The notes: generated from the sequence alone by a model not told the origin. 63,244 nt of DNA, filler included, from Bigelowiella natans CCMP2755 (GCA_000320545.1; 4 parts of 4 records of this genome joined end to end with filler, not necessarily neighbours in it), one strand, 5' to 3'. Positions 38,305 to 52,199 are shown, numbered from the whole stretch's first letter. Made by a program: numbers and translations.

Positions 38305-39090
38305 CTGTTGCACGCGTTTGTGTGTGTGTGTGTGTGTGTGTGTTTGTTTCTGAATTTGTGTGTTGTCCTCACCCTTAGAATCCATGAGGAATCTCTGGGT
38401 AGATTTGTTGGAGTCTTTCACACAGATTCCTCGGCGGCTTCCCCCAGCTCTTCGTCTCGCAGCTATGGGGGCCATTTCCCATCTTCGACTGCATGCTCTT
38501 GTTGTGTCGGAGCTCTTTGTGAAGAAAGGTGATGAGGATCGCGTGACCAAGGTGAAGTTGGCACTACTTAATTCAGCACAGAATCTAGAATCGCCAGTAG
38601 GAAGCGGGAAGGTTCTGGTTCCACGTGGTTCAAATCCCTACGATGTAGCTACTGCGTTGGTTTCGCTGCTGAAGGTTATTCCAGGGGGGGGAATCTTAGC
38701 TCCTAAGAAAGTACGCAAGGCGATAACAAAAGCTAAGGATAAGCATTCCCTTCGTGGGGCACTCAAAGAGCTCCCCGAGGACAACCTGCTAATGGTAGAA
38801 GCTCTGGCGAAGCTTTTCACCGAACTCAAAAACAGTCCAGCTTCATCGGCAGCAGTGTCGAATCTAAATCACGCAACTGCTGCCCTAGCACAGGTCTCTG
38901 AGTCCAAGAGACAGAACGGCAGTGTTGACAGGCTAACAGGTTTGTTGTCAACCGAGGCCGATTTTTTGTTTTCGCATCGAAAGGGCGGCGCCTTTGGTGG
39001 AAAAGAAGAGCTCGAACATGAGACGGAAATACACAATCCGAACAAGAACGAAGACTCCATAGATGAGAATCTCGAAGGGTATAGTTGCAT

Positions 39091-39165
<75 letters not shown>

Positions 39166-39446
39166 AGTGATCGTGTGTGGCTTGTTTATTCATATGCTCG
39201 TCGTCAGGTTTGATGCAGAAGACACAGAGGATAACTATGTAAAGAGAAAAAGAGAAGAACGGGAAAGTCGGCAGCTTGAGGACAAGAAAAGGTATCTCCA
39301 GCGATAATACATGTTGTATATCTTTTGTTTTGGGTTATTGTGTGGGTGAGACAACCAACATGTTGTTGTATCTTTTGATGGACATATATGTGTGTAAGCT
39401 ACTCCTCCATTTTGGAGGTTTCCTTCCATCTGTTCACGCTAGATTG

Positions 39447-39482
<36 letters not shown>

Positions 39483-40317
39483 GCGCGCACGCACGCAAAG
39501 GCATAACTATGTATCTTTACAGAGAAATGGAGAAGATCAGGCTGAGAGAGCAGAAAAAAATGGAGAGACGTAAACTTGAAGAAGAAGAGGAGAGAAGGCA
39601 ACTAGAAAGAGAACAGGAAATGGAACAACAGCGACAGAAAAAGGAAGAAGAGGAGAAACGAAAGGAACAGCAGGTATTTTGAATTGCCTTCCAATAAACG
39701 AAGAAATAGCTGCACTTACTTAGTAGCGAGGAGAATATGTCTAAAGTTTTTCCCTGAAAGTTTTGTAATACGTGGGAGCGAAGCAATGATCGACACGAAT
39801 TGAGCAGTTGTGTTCAGCTGTTTGGTTGATCAGAAAAACTAATCATAATAATATGGTTGCTTCTATTCTTATCCTTCTAAGCCCCTTCTCCCTCCTACCA
39901 TCTCAACCTCCCCTCCACCACAATAAAGAGAATATGTGACACACACAACCTTTAGGAGGAGAAGAGTGGTAACAAATACAATCCAGAACCATCAGAGTTT
40001 GGTTTCTCAGAGCTTGACGTAAGGACTCAAGCCTATATATATATGATATATATATATATATATATATATATAAACACATATTATAATGTGTCTATATGTG
40101 TGTGTGTGTGTGTGTGCGTGTGTCTGTTTAATTTCACATTATGATGTAAATGTTCCCCCAGCTGAGTGGCGATATCGACGGTGATGATTTGGCCGACATG
40201 CTCATGGAAGATGATGAGGCACCGGAAAATAAGGTATGATGTATCTTTCTTCTTCTTCATTTGATATAGGATCATTATTTAGTTTTGAAGGGGTAATTGA
40301 ACACATAATATATCTAT

Positions 40318-40374
<57 letters not shown>

Positions 40375-40380
40375 TATATA

Positions 40381-40414
<34 letters not shown>

Positions 40415-40695
40415 AATATTGATTTACATGCAAAACAGTGCTTTCAAGTTGAACCCACCATGCTGCCACGTGGGCGGCGCGTGTAGACTTATATGCTCAT
40501 GACGCTACTCTTCGTTGTACACCATAGATAAAAAAGACGCTATATATTTGTGGAACCAACATACTAACCGGCCATACCCCCTTTGTCCATGTAGGCAACC
40601 AAACAAAAATCTATTACTACTCCCACGTCGGGTGACGGGCGTGGGGAAACTACTACGAAACCGAACACGGAAACTACGTCGTCAGAGGCTAATGG
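37804..40695 (+). CDS. PH domain + RhoGAP-like domain + coiled-coil protein; 3' end cut by the gap
   Basis: MEGFLEKKPSFGFGWQQRYFRL...MRLRAPN|ESMRNLWVDLL (PH), then HLRLHALVVSELFVKKG, PYDVATALVSLLK and LKELPEDNLLMVEAL (RhoGAP-like helices), then an E/K/R-rich coil. Confidence 0.75.
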
Positions 40696-40795
40696 NNNNN
40701 NNNNNNNNNNNNNNNNNNNNNNNNNNNNNNNNNNNNNNNTTAATTAATTAANNNNNNNNNNNNNNNNNNNNNNNNNNNNNNNNNNNNNNNNNNNN
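40696..40795. other. Artificial contig spacer
   Basis: N-run, TTAATTAATTAA, N-run. Confidence 0.97.
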
Positions 40796-40904
40796 CGAAT
40801 TCGCAAGCAAACCTAGCGCTACCACCGACGTAGCGAATCACAAGAATGAGGCAGAGCTGAAAAAGGCCGATGGGAAGGGGGGGGGAGCGAGCGGTGTGCG
40901 CGAG

Positions 40905-40939
<35 letters not shown>

Positions 40940-41235
40940 CAACCACCCCCCTCCCAACTCTTCTCCCCCCCCAATGAGGGCAGCTTTATCGGAAGGTGCC
41001 TCCCCGGCAAATCCAATAGAAGGGTATGATTGGGGGGGGGGGGGGCATTCCTCCCCCGCCAAAGCTGAATCTTCTTAAGAGCTACCCTCCCACCATCGCG
41101 AAAAAAACGGAGGAGGAGGACGCGAAGGAGAAAAAGGAGAAATCTGAGCAAGATCAGCGGCGGGCAGCTCATGCGCTGCGCACACTAAACATGATCTCTC
41201 TCCAGAGGGTGGTCCTTATGGCCCCGTCATCATAG
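40796..41235 (+). CDS. Probable terminal exon(s) of an unidentified gene
   Basis: Open frame SYPPTIAKKTEEEDAKEKKEKSEQDQRRAAHALRTLNMISLQRVVLMAPSS* after an AG acceptor; no family recognised. Confidence 0.35.
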
Positions 41236-41736
41236 TGACGTGATATGCAGCTAGCTAGCCAGGGTACTTAGCTTTATCTATGCTTAATAATATCAGAGCT
41301 TCGTTGCGGAAGAACTGCTGTGAGGCTCTTTGAATGATCGTAAGCCGATGCCCATCCATTGATTTTGTCATTACATTTCGTTTTTTATAAGAATTGAATT
41401 TTTATTCGTCAAAGCTTTGTGGCCGATGCTCAGCTACTCTGGCTAACGCGCTAGCGCGGTACATGCAGCATGTGTGCTAGCGTGCGTATGATCTTAGAAG
41501 TGCAAGCGTGCAGCCCTGCTACAACCATGCACCGCCGTCAGCAGTATTGACACAAGCGAGGCATATAATACCTGGAGGTGTTCCGACAGTAAGCGCCTCC
41601 ATGAAACAGTGCGCTATGTGTATATCTAGTTCTCTATATTTGCCATATGACGTATAGTTATAACCTATCGCTCAAGACAGCAAACTAGCAAAGCATGACC
41701 CTGGCGTATCTAGCTAGCTACGTATATATGCATGTA

Positions 41737-41775
41737 TGAGACGGATGTAATAAATTGATTAAATCTTCAAATGGC
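41737..41775 (+). repeat. Dispersed element core, copy 4 (degenerate)
   Basis: TGAGACGGATGTAATAAATTGATTAAATCTTCAAATGGC. Confidence 0.7.
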
Positions 41776-41939
41776 ATATGATTATTCATCCTAATGTATA
41801 AATGAAGATACTCAAGAACTGCCATTACAGCTCGAATCAACGGTTGCGTTTATACATAATTAAGTTGGATGACATGCAATCAGCAAATCGCGCCTCGCTC
41901 TATACTGCAACCCGCTATCTGTTGGAGTTCTAGGTGAAG

Positions 41940-43576
41940 TCACGATTGATTGGCGGGGTCAGCGAGGTAGCTTTCTATGTCAAACTTCGAGGGATCATGG
42001 TTGAATCTGATTGGCGCGTTTAGAGGAGCACACAGGGGGGAGAAATCGTAAGAGAGCATATCAGTAAGATGGACGAACCGTGAATACGAAAGGGATGTAC
42101 GACGCAAGTATGTGCGCCGTCATCGAGAATATCCTCCACATCAACCCCCCCCTCCCCCCCCCTCCTCCGGAATCAAACTTGCATAATAACTCAGCAGGTT
42201 TCCCGCAGGCCCCACCTATCGACAAGGTCGTATCCATCAGAGGAAACATAGTGTTTGACTACGCTCTCGTTGATGTTCTTCGCCGCTTGAAGGCTGAACG
42301 CCGGGTTGCAGATATCTGGTTTCAAAATGGAGATAAGTCCACAAAAAGGGAGGAGGGAAGGGGAGGCTAAAGCAGGGCGTCGTGGCGGCCGAGAGACGCG
42401 GGGATGGAATGGCGGAGCTCATGTATTTGCAAGAGGTTTTAAATGCCTCGCTGCGAACGCCGCATTTGTTCACGTGTACCGCCACCACGCCACCACACGA
42501 AGACATCGCCGAATATCAACACACCTGTCCTTATCAGAACTAAGTCCTTTTCATTGATGAGCTCATCGTAAAACCTGAAGTGTATCATCATTCGTAGAAC
42601 GCGAATGGAGGTGGTGCTGATGACAATGGTCGATGGTGACAGAGCTCTCTCTTTCTATGTCTCTTGTATTTTCACCCCCCCCCTCCCTCCCCCTCCCCCT
42701 CCCCCTCCCCATTGATCAACATTACGTGATGACAAGGTGTGGCTGGGCGTTCTCCTTCTTTTCGTTGAAGTCCTCCAAACTCGTGAACAGGCAGTGCTTT
42801 CCCTACAGTATAGGTCGATGCATGCATGGATGGAGAGAGGGGAAGGAGAGATGAGAATTCTATGGCCGCACCCTAAACCTAGTCGCCCCTGCATGATCTC
42901 CTACACGGAACTTCCAAGGCGAGAAACTACCTGGAATTGGGAGACTAGGACGAAGTAGTTTCCGCCCCCATCCGGCGAGACGAGCGGGTAGATGAAAAGG
43001 GGAGATTTCTGTGCGCGCTGCATCATAACTTGGAACTTCCGCTTTCCCTTTAACACGCCGGCAAACCTGCAGGATGGGGTTGTTTGCGTTAACGCATAGC
43101 AGGGGACGGTGTTGTCAGGCAGAGATTAGCGGGCTGCATACACTCCGGGTTTTGAAGAATGGTAGTCGGTCCATATTTCTACGATCTTGTCAGCCTGCAT
43201 GTATATAGTGTGGTAAGGGGCATTCAAAGATTGCGAAATTTGACATTGTCGATCCAAACCTCGTTCATCAGCAGCAAAGGGATCTTCACGATCTCCTCGA
43301 GCTTCCGCGGCGTCTAGAAAGGGGAAATAGTCAGAACGTTAGAGCATGCTCTCCTCTCCCTCCGGTGGTGTTGATTGATTGTAACGTCGCCTCAGGCGAC
43401 CTACCCACCGGGTATGTGAAAGAGAACTGCCTCCTCGGGAAGGTGGGGGTGCATTTTGGAGGACTGCGCAATGAGGCGAAGGAGTGAGTTACCAGCCCCC
43501 TCTTCCTCCCTCCGCTGGAAGGAAAAGGCGAAGACCGCGCCAAACTGCGCAAGGACGAGGAGAACAATCGACGCAT
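41940..43576 (-). CDS. ATP11: Mitochondrial F1-ATPase assembly factor ATP11/ATPAF1
   Basis: R/S-rich presequence MRRLFSSSLRSLARSS..., then PRKLEEIVKIPLL, IVEIWTDYH, RAQKSPLFIYPL, HCLFTSLEDF, FYDELINEKDLVLIR and FNHDPSKFD. Confidence 0.9.
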
Positions 43577-43965
43577 TCCAGCTTCCGAATTTGGGAGGGG
43601 GAGAGGATGCGCGTTTCTGTGCGGAGGGAAACTGCGATCTCTATACCTGAATATATCCTAAATATATTTTCTAAATCCGCTATTGGGAACACCTAGAGAG
43701 TGGCGTCGCTGCTTGGCAGATATCAGTTTCCTTTTAGTCCAAAATATAAGCTGTACATATCTACAAAGAAACGATTCTCTCAAAGAAGGATTTTGGTGCA
43801 AATTCCCCAGTGATTATGACCTACGACAAGATAATTTGATATTTTATAAGTGAAAACGCCCTTCCTTCTCTCCGGATTCCCAGCGAAATTCGGATCACCC
43901 GTAAGTCCCCCCCTCTAGCTACCCAGAACGGTCTGTTGCCTCCTCTCATCCGTTGTGCGAAAGTG

Positions 43966-46868
43966 ATGCTGCGGGGAAAGTACGATTCCCAGTACAGGGT
44001 CCTCGGAGACTCGTTGGAGGTATGTGACTTGTGCATTGTAGCGGTCTATCGGCCGGTAGGCGTCGTCCTAGCCCCCCCCACGCAGCTATCTCCTCACGCA
44101 GCCCCCAATCATGTGCGCACAGAAGCGCTCTACTTTCGCGAGATCTCTTCTGCGGCTAGGGCGGTTAGGCGTTCTAGTGGGGGTGGTGTCCCTGGCCGCT
44201 TTGCTGGTAATCTCAAGGAGGCCGGCTTCATCGTCGGGGAGGGGCGGAGCTCAGCCAGACTGCAGCAGCCCTGAAAGCCACACAGCACACAGAACTTTTC
44301 CATCCCCCCCGTCATCGCTGCTCGGATCTCCGGTGGTAATAGATGTAGGGGGGAGGATTAAAAAGAAAAGCTCATGTGGTAGCGATCTTGGCGGAATGTA
44401 AAAGTTAGGGTCTGCTAGCCGTTTGCGTGAAAGCTGTTGTCCTGCCATTTCCCTGCCATTGCCCTCCGCCCCGCACCCCCCTTTTCTCTCAGAATCTCTA
44501 TCTCTTTCCCCACTCATATACATACACAAAAAAAGGACCCAATTTTGTAATCCATGCCCATTCGTAGGCCGGACGACGAGCAGTAGCGAGCACGAGGAGG
44601 TAGAACATCCGCACGTGTAATCGATTGGTCATCGCTACCACACTCGCATGTACAGCCATCATATTTCCAGCTTTGACGATGAATCCTATGCCAGCTATAC
44701 GGGGGCTCCTGGGGGGGGGGCATCAGAAGGCAAATTCATCAGACAAAGAACCGCTCCGCAGCAAGCAGGAACGAGTAAAAGGGAGAGGAAACAGAGTAAC
44801 AGCAACAGTGAGCAGGTCCTTGCACATCCAGCCTTTGCGTGATAGGGAATCAAATGTGCATGATTACATGTAAGACGATGTCAGCTTTATCCTAGTTAAG
44901 CACCAATCATTATTATCATCACCATCGTCTTCTCTCGTTTGTAAAAAGTGTCCTAATTCATTGACGCTGTACTATTACTACTAATTAGGAGCTCACGCCA
45001 GATAGAATAAGGGTAACAAATCACGTATTCTATCCCCCCCCCCCCTTCCCCCTTCCTCCCTCTCCTCCTTCATCTAGTCGCCATCAGCCCTCTCATAAGT
45101 CATTTTCCCACAGGTGTATTACAACGATGAGGAGTTCGGGTTGCTGAGAAGACTTCAGGTAAATGAGTTGGTAAATAGCATCTGATTCGGTGGTTTGCGT
45201 CGTTGTTGTGAGCTTTGCCGTGCTCTCTGCCGTGTTTGCTGCTGGATGGCATCAGGCTGGTGCGAAGAAGATGGGGAAAGTCATACAGCTCACAATGGGA
45301 CCAAGAGGTTGCGATTTGTATCAACCTCCACTCCTTTGCACACACAACACGCACACAACGCACACAAACATAGAGATAGTATACACAGAGTCTTGAATTT
45401 ACATTCCCTACATGTCACATGCGCCATCTTCTTATTATTCTCTATGGTATTCATGATGCACAGGGCGCAACGTCGTCGTAGGAGAGGAGCCTGGGCCGAA
45501 AGACCCCAGAATCATCAATGACGGATTCTCCATCTCATTCAAGGTTGACAGCAGTCAGCGCATCGCTGAATCTGCATATAACCTCTCCCGTCCCCCGCCC
45601 CATCTCCCCCCCCCCCTCTCAGCTGAAACTAGAGGATCCAATAGAAAACCTAGGTGCACGAATTGTTGCGACAGCCGGCGATAAGGTATCTTCCGTGCTC
45701 GCAAGCCCCTCTGATTAGCGCTACTGCGCACAATACACGCACCGGAGAAGTAGCATCGATAGGAAGACACGAGCGCGAAACCGTCTTCCCACTGACTGAC
45801 TCTTTTGCTGCCTCGGCGCACATGTTTTTCAGACGAATCTGGACGCTGGCGACGGGACGTCGACAGCTATGGTAGCTGATGCGCGCAGGGCCGAGCGTTG
45901 CTTTGTCCGCCTCAACCGGGGGATTAATCCTCAGTGCATTTCGTTATTCCTACGTGCGCGAGCGTTATTCAAAGCAACCAAGCTCCTCTCGTGCGTTGCG
46001 GATGATGATTCGGTGTCGACCACTGTTCCCCCCTCCCCACCCCCTTGCGTATACCCCCTGATGAAGGTAATGGCGGCTGCGATCATCAACGAAGGCGTGA
46101 GGGTCATCGTTGGAGGAGCAAATCCCCGCACGGTTGAGAAGCTAAAGATCTCTTAACTTAACAACAACTACGAATGACGTTATCGCGACAAACGATTTGC
46201 TGGAACAGCATTTTGTACTGGTTTGATGTATATAGAGGAATGAGACAAACACAACCACTCATACACACGATACCTGTATTAATGCGGTATTTTTTGCGTG
46301 TTTCTCACCACATCGGTCAGATAACAGCTGGAATATCAAAAGCAGAGCAATATGCCTTAGGTGTGGTGATATTTGTTTGTATACGATCGCTAATATGCAT
46401 CACCTGAGCGTGCGTGTGTGCGTGTGTGCCGTGTATATCGTTGAATCGATTGAAGAAGCCTCCTCCTCCTCCTCCCTCCTAGTCCCACACTTTGAACAAA
46501 TAAGAGTAAAAAGAGATAATGGTGATATATACGGTGACGGTTAAATGGCATTTGTCAGATATCCTCAAAGACGTCGCTAAGGAAAGTACTTATGAGGACT
46601 TGAAAACGGTTGTCTTCATTGACCGAGGCTTGGCTCGAAAATGTGCATTAAAAAAAAATCTTTCCCCCTCCCCCCCCCCCACCTCTATCTCTAGGTCGCC
46701 TTAGTGTCGTCTGGCTACGACTACGAAGCCACTGACGCCATCATCAAAGCCTTTGATGAGGTACGAAAATCCCATTCCTGGTTCCTGGGCACGGATATAG
46801 CACACACACACACAAGAGGGTATTAGGCACCGTGCTGTGCTCTTGTGCGGATTAAAAATACAAAAAAA

Positions 46869-46906
<38 letters not shown>

Positions 46907-46934
46907 GTATATTTACAAATGCGGTGGGCGAATG

Positions 46935-46968
<34 letters not shown>

Positions 46969-47331
46969 GATATAGGTGGATTCGAGAGGAGTTAGTCAAC
47001 GACGTGGAGAACTCGAAATGGGTGGTAAGTACCAGCTGCATTAACAGGACGCCTCTGTGTGCGTGTGAGTGAGTGTGTGAGCGTGGTTTACGTGCTGTAT
47101 GTGCTATGTTCGTGTGTGTGTGTGTGTGTGTTTGTGCTTAAGCGAAGAGATCCTGAGGGCTTCTTGCTTTCATAAACAAATGCAGGCCAAGAATCCTTAC
47201 GTGCTGCTAGTGAATGATCCAATAGAACGCCCGGATGAGCTTATCCCGGTGCTGAAGGTAGTATTGGGTTGTTGTTGTTGTTGTTGTTGTTTTGCTTCTA
47301 TTTCTTCTTTTCCTTCTGGTTCTTATTGCTG

Positions 47332-47370
<39 letters not shown>

Positions 47371-49441
47371 ACGTACGCGCACACGTACGCACGTACACAC
47401 ACACACACACACACAGACAGACAGATACACAAGGCGCATATGCTATAGCGTCTACTTGGTACACTCATTCATATCGGCAATATCAACTACCCTCTACCCT
47501 GCCTGTATTCCTTCTGATGTGACGCATGATGACGACGAGCACAGTGGGCTCAGGAGAATGACAAAGCACTTCTCATCATGGCGGAGGACTACGGAGATAA
47601 AGTAACTACCGATTATAGTACTAGTAGTCGCACTTGTTGTAGATATATTGGGTACAGCGACATTATTGCACACACACACACACACACACACACAGACATT
47701 AATATATAAGTTCTTGTTCTTGTTCTTCTCCCCTGACCTATTCCCCCCCTCCCCCCCCCCCCCGTTCTTCCAGGCCATCCAGGGCATCACCCTCGCAAAG
47801 CTGAAGGGCGGAATGAACGTGTGCGCAATACGAGCTCCTGGGTTCTTAACCTACAACGAGGAAAACCTCCAGGATATTGGTAGTACTACGCGCAACATTC
47901 AAAACCCCTCCCCCCCAATGATATATTTAGCAAAATGGGGGAAGGGAGAGAGAGGGGGGGGAGGAGAGAGAACCGGGTCATCATCTATCCATCGGTGATT
48001 CCCTACTACCTTAGCCTCGCTTTCGAATGGAACTGTCTTTGATAGCATCAAGGGCACTACGATAAAGAAGGTGCTCGATGTTGTTTTTGCAGTAGTAGGA
48101 GCCATAGCAATAGAGGAATGATCTTCCTCTCGCCGACCCAATGTCTACCAAAAAGTGCTGTATCAGCGCCGCGACAACGACGATGATACAATGATGATAC
48201 TTTTCCGTTGAAGTTGTCGCTTGTATGGATGCTCATTCGACCTGTTGCTTCCTGCTTTGTTTCATTCTCCCCCCCCCCCTTCCTCCTTAGAACTTCCATC
48301 CGGACGATCTTGGTAGAATCGAATGAAACAAAAGAAGAATGATACTTTAAAGTTATCCAAGTCTTTTTTATTTTTCACGATGGTGGTGGGGGGGGGGGGG
48401 GGAGGGGGGTTGGAGCAAATCTCTTTGTTTATCGATTCATCGACGTTCTTTGACCGTGTGCGGTGGTGCTGTATGGTGTGTTTGAGTTGAGTTGTGAGTG
48501 TATTCGGTGTCAGGTCAAATATCAGCAGCGGAGATAAGCAGATCGATGACAAAGATGTAATTGTGTGGCTTCGTGTGTGTGTGTGTGTGTGTTGTGTGTG
48601 TGTGCGTGTGCGTGTGAGTATGTGCCTGATAAAGTTCATCCTACGTTGCTTTTCTGTGCTAACACGAAGTTATGGAGACCGATCATCGAAGGAGGAAGTG
48701 GAGAAAAGAGCGCAGATGGTAGTAGTAGTAATAGTAGTGGTAGTAGTAGTAGTAGTTGCAGGAGGTCTTTCAGTTGTCCAAATACGACGAAGATACATTC
48801 GTCGCCATTGCTATTGTTGTGATGCTGCTTCCCTGTTTACGGTGCACCGGCACACGCCTTCGTGCACGTGGTGGATGGTGATGACCGATGTGCATATGAT
48901 GTGTATATGCAGCTCACACAGGAGCTCGATTGGATGAAGGATAAGATCATGTCGGGGGTACTATTATGCGGTTCTTTTTCATCATCATCATTATCATCAT
49001 TATCATCATTGTCATCGTCGTCACCATCTGTGATCGTGCTCGTTGTTATCTTCCCTCTGATGATGATGATGATGTGGGGCTTTTGCGTCGGATGATTTCC
49101 CTATCCCTGCCTCGATGTGATAGCGTTTTCTTCCTTTTGATTATGTCTAAGTACGATGACAAGGATGGCTCTTTAAAAGACGCTATTACGGAGTATACAG
49201 AGAGATTAGGAAGGTCACGCGCACACAACACACACGCACACAGGCTCTCATATGCATGTTCATATATCTTCATCGCGGTTATCAGTTAGTTAGTTATTAC
49301 CATCGCCAGTGCTGCTAGCTCTGACATCGATGCTGTTGTTTCTTGTGCTTATCATCACTCACCCTGTGCGTGTGATTGATTTGCTTCCCTGCTGCTCGGT
49401 TAGGCTGACGAGTGGGATTGCTGTCGTAGAGATCGGTACGT

Positions 49442-49482
<41 letters not shown>

Positions 49483-50306
49483 GTGTGTGTGTGTCTGTGC
49501 GCGCGCGCGTGCGATGTACATATTCTATGCGAGCATTAAAAATACAGAATCACGACTCGTCGCCATGTTCTATCGTCGCCTTGTATCATGCACACGAGGC
49601 TGCTGTGACGTGCTCGCATTGCCCTTCCCCGTCAGGATCTAACACCGATTTGGAGCTGAAGGAAAGGCTTTTAAGGGTCGCATTTGCCGCATTATTGTCA
49701 TTTTTCATCACCACCACCACGCGAGTTCAGGAGAGCTTCACACGTTCAGACAATCACTGCGGGAAATCGTCGGTTGGTTGTTTCAGGTGGAAGATGCGCT
49801 GATGGCCTCCAGAGCGGCGATTAAGGATGGGGTTCTGCCAGGTGGATCATGATAAGAAGCAGGGGAGGGGCAGAAAAGAGAAGGAGCGCAACATGTTTCA
49901 TGAGAACCGGGAAAATCGCATGTCATACGGTGGCGTGGCGGCCGCGTAATCAATATACCGCCGTTATATATTTCTGGGGTGTGTGCTCTAAACCAATATG
50001 AAAACCTCGTTCGTTTGCTAAAGGGGGCGGGTCGGTTCTCATTCATGTGTCAAAGAAGCTGTTGGAGCTTTCGAGGAGCTTGACCGATGAGAGCGATAGG
50101 TACTCGCGCACACCGCCAGATCACGCAACGGTATGGATGTTGTATGTAACACACGGCTGTGTGCGTGTGTGTGTGTGTGTGTGTGTTTGTGCGTGTGCAC
50201 GTTTGTGAATGCGTCTTAGATTGGGAGCTCTTATTCTTTCAAACGCGATGAAGGCCCCTCTCAGGTATGGTTGAAGTGCAAACATTAGTAAATAACTTTT
50301 TTTTTC

Positions 50307-50354
<48 letters not shown>

Positions 50355-51126
50355 TTATTATACTAAAACAAGTATTAATCTAACACACACACTAGACGAC
50401 TACACACACGCGCGCGCGCGCGCTCGGGATTTAGGTTTCTAATCCATCGAAACTATATTTCCATCTGGAATATTATATTATATGTATATAAATATAAATA
50501 TGTGTGTGTGTGTGTGTGTGTGTCATTGGTTTGACTACAACAAATTAAATCAAAGAAACATTGCCAACAACGCTGGGTATTCCGGAGATATGGTAATTCG
50601 GATGGTAGAGGATGCACAGGTAAATACAAACACCACCGCTGATGATGATGAATACTATACAAGCAAACGCATAATTGTGGTGAAGAAAGAGGCGTTGAGA
50701 AAGTGGTGTACACGCGTCGATTAACTCGCTCATTCTGCCTCATTCCCACCTTTCCCGTTAAATACCTTTTCACATGTCTCCCATTTAGGAGGGCAAAGGC
50801 TTGAGCATGGGCTATGATGCAGCAACGGGGGACATTGTGGATATGTTTGAGGCAGGTAGCTCTCAATAGTGCTATTGGTGTCAGTAGTAGTAGTAGTAAT
50901 AGTAGTCACATGAAGGAATCGTACAGCGGTGAAAGCGGCCATTCTCGTCCCATAAGCAAGCATTAACTCTCTGCACTGTATTTGTTCTAACACCTGTGTA
51001 CCAGGCATCATCGATCCTGCGAGAGCTACTCGAGCGGCAATTGAAAATAGCGCCTCAGTTGCTCGCAGCTTCTTCACAGTCGATGGGCTTGTCAGGGACA
51101 AGCTCAGAGCCATAGCGGGGGTGTAG
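43966..51126 (+). CDS. cpn60: Divergent plastid-type chaperonin 60 with N-terminal bipartite-like leader; more than 20 exons, one coding segment missing
   Basis: TMGPRG|RNVV, PRIINDG, LEDPIENLGA, TNLDAGDGTSTA, IRAPGF, ERLGR|LTSGIAVV, VEDALMASRAA, GVLPG|GG, IANNAG, GYDAATG, GIIDPA. Leader MLRGKYDSQYRVL...RLGVLVGVVSLAALL. Confidence 0.9.
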
Positions 51127-52016
51127 CAGCGACAGTTTTTGAATGAAAACTTTTAGTTGTTGCATTTGCTGCATGTATGTGAGTCCGAACACGCAATCGC
51201 CCCGCATCGACATCGAGGCGCAATGAAGCAAGTAACGACGATTCCAAATGGCAATCTGCTTATATTGATTGACTGCATGCGCGCGCAAATGTTGGGACAA
51301 CAGCTAGATATGCATGCCGGCATGGATGCTCGCATGCAGCAGTTCGGTCTAGACATGTCGTTGCGATTACGTTGCACGCGGCAGGATCTAGATGCTCTGC
51401 TTGGGGTTGTCGTCCGTCCTGATTTCGCCGCTTGATGGCATACTAGCTAGCATGGATCATGCAAAGTGGAAATTGCTAGATTGCAGAAGACGAATATGCT
51501 GTAGTAACGCAGGTTAAATTCCTGGAAGCTGATAACGTGGGCCATTTATGTGTGTCATATTAGTAATAAGCGCGTCGATTGTAGCGGGTATCGCAAGCCA
51601 CATGCAATATTTACTAGCTAATCTAGTAACAATAAGTCGTGTGCGTCATGACAATGTGCATGCATATAGAGACGCGCTTATGTGTCATTCATCTCCGCGA
51701 CAGTCGAGCGGCTGTTCCATACGGCACCATCACCGTGCGTATAATTGACTTCATTATATTAGTTTGCTATGCGACGATGACAAATGCCTTCTTTTCTCAC
51801 ATTCATGTCGATCGCCTACAATGCGGATTTACACTCTAAGGACAAAAATCATGCCATATTAGCAATGCTGCCACGCTCACGATGACGTGTCAGCTGCACT
51901 GGGCGCCGCTGCTTCAGAGGGCTTGTAGGTGACAAGTAGAAGCAGCGACGCAGTGTCTACTTCCGCCGGCAAACGTGAGATCTAAACAAAACAGGCACAA
52001 CGTGAGGCGACTCATC

Positions 52017-52168
52017 TCATTGAGGAATGTAGTCTTTTCCGACCTTACAGCCAAGCGCAAATTTGGTGCTAGGGTATGAGATCCCTAGCAAACCCTTGGC
52101 CTCCTTGATGACCTGACGAGTAAATGAAAGAGTCACTGCTGTCATCATCTAGGGGGAGGAAGATGATC

Positions 52169-52199
<31 letters not shown>

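Noticed and set aside
7475-41775. CRISPR-like array from the repeated motifs
   Set aside because: Copies are kilobases apart, in both orientations, with no regular spacers and no cas genes.
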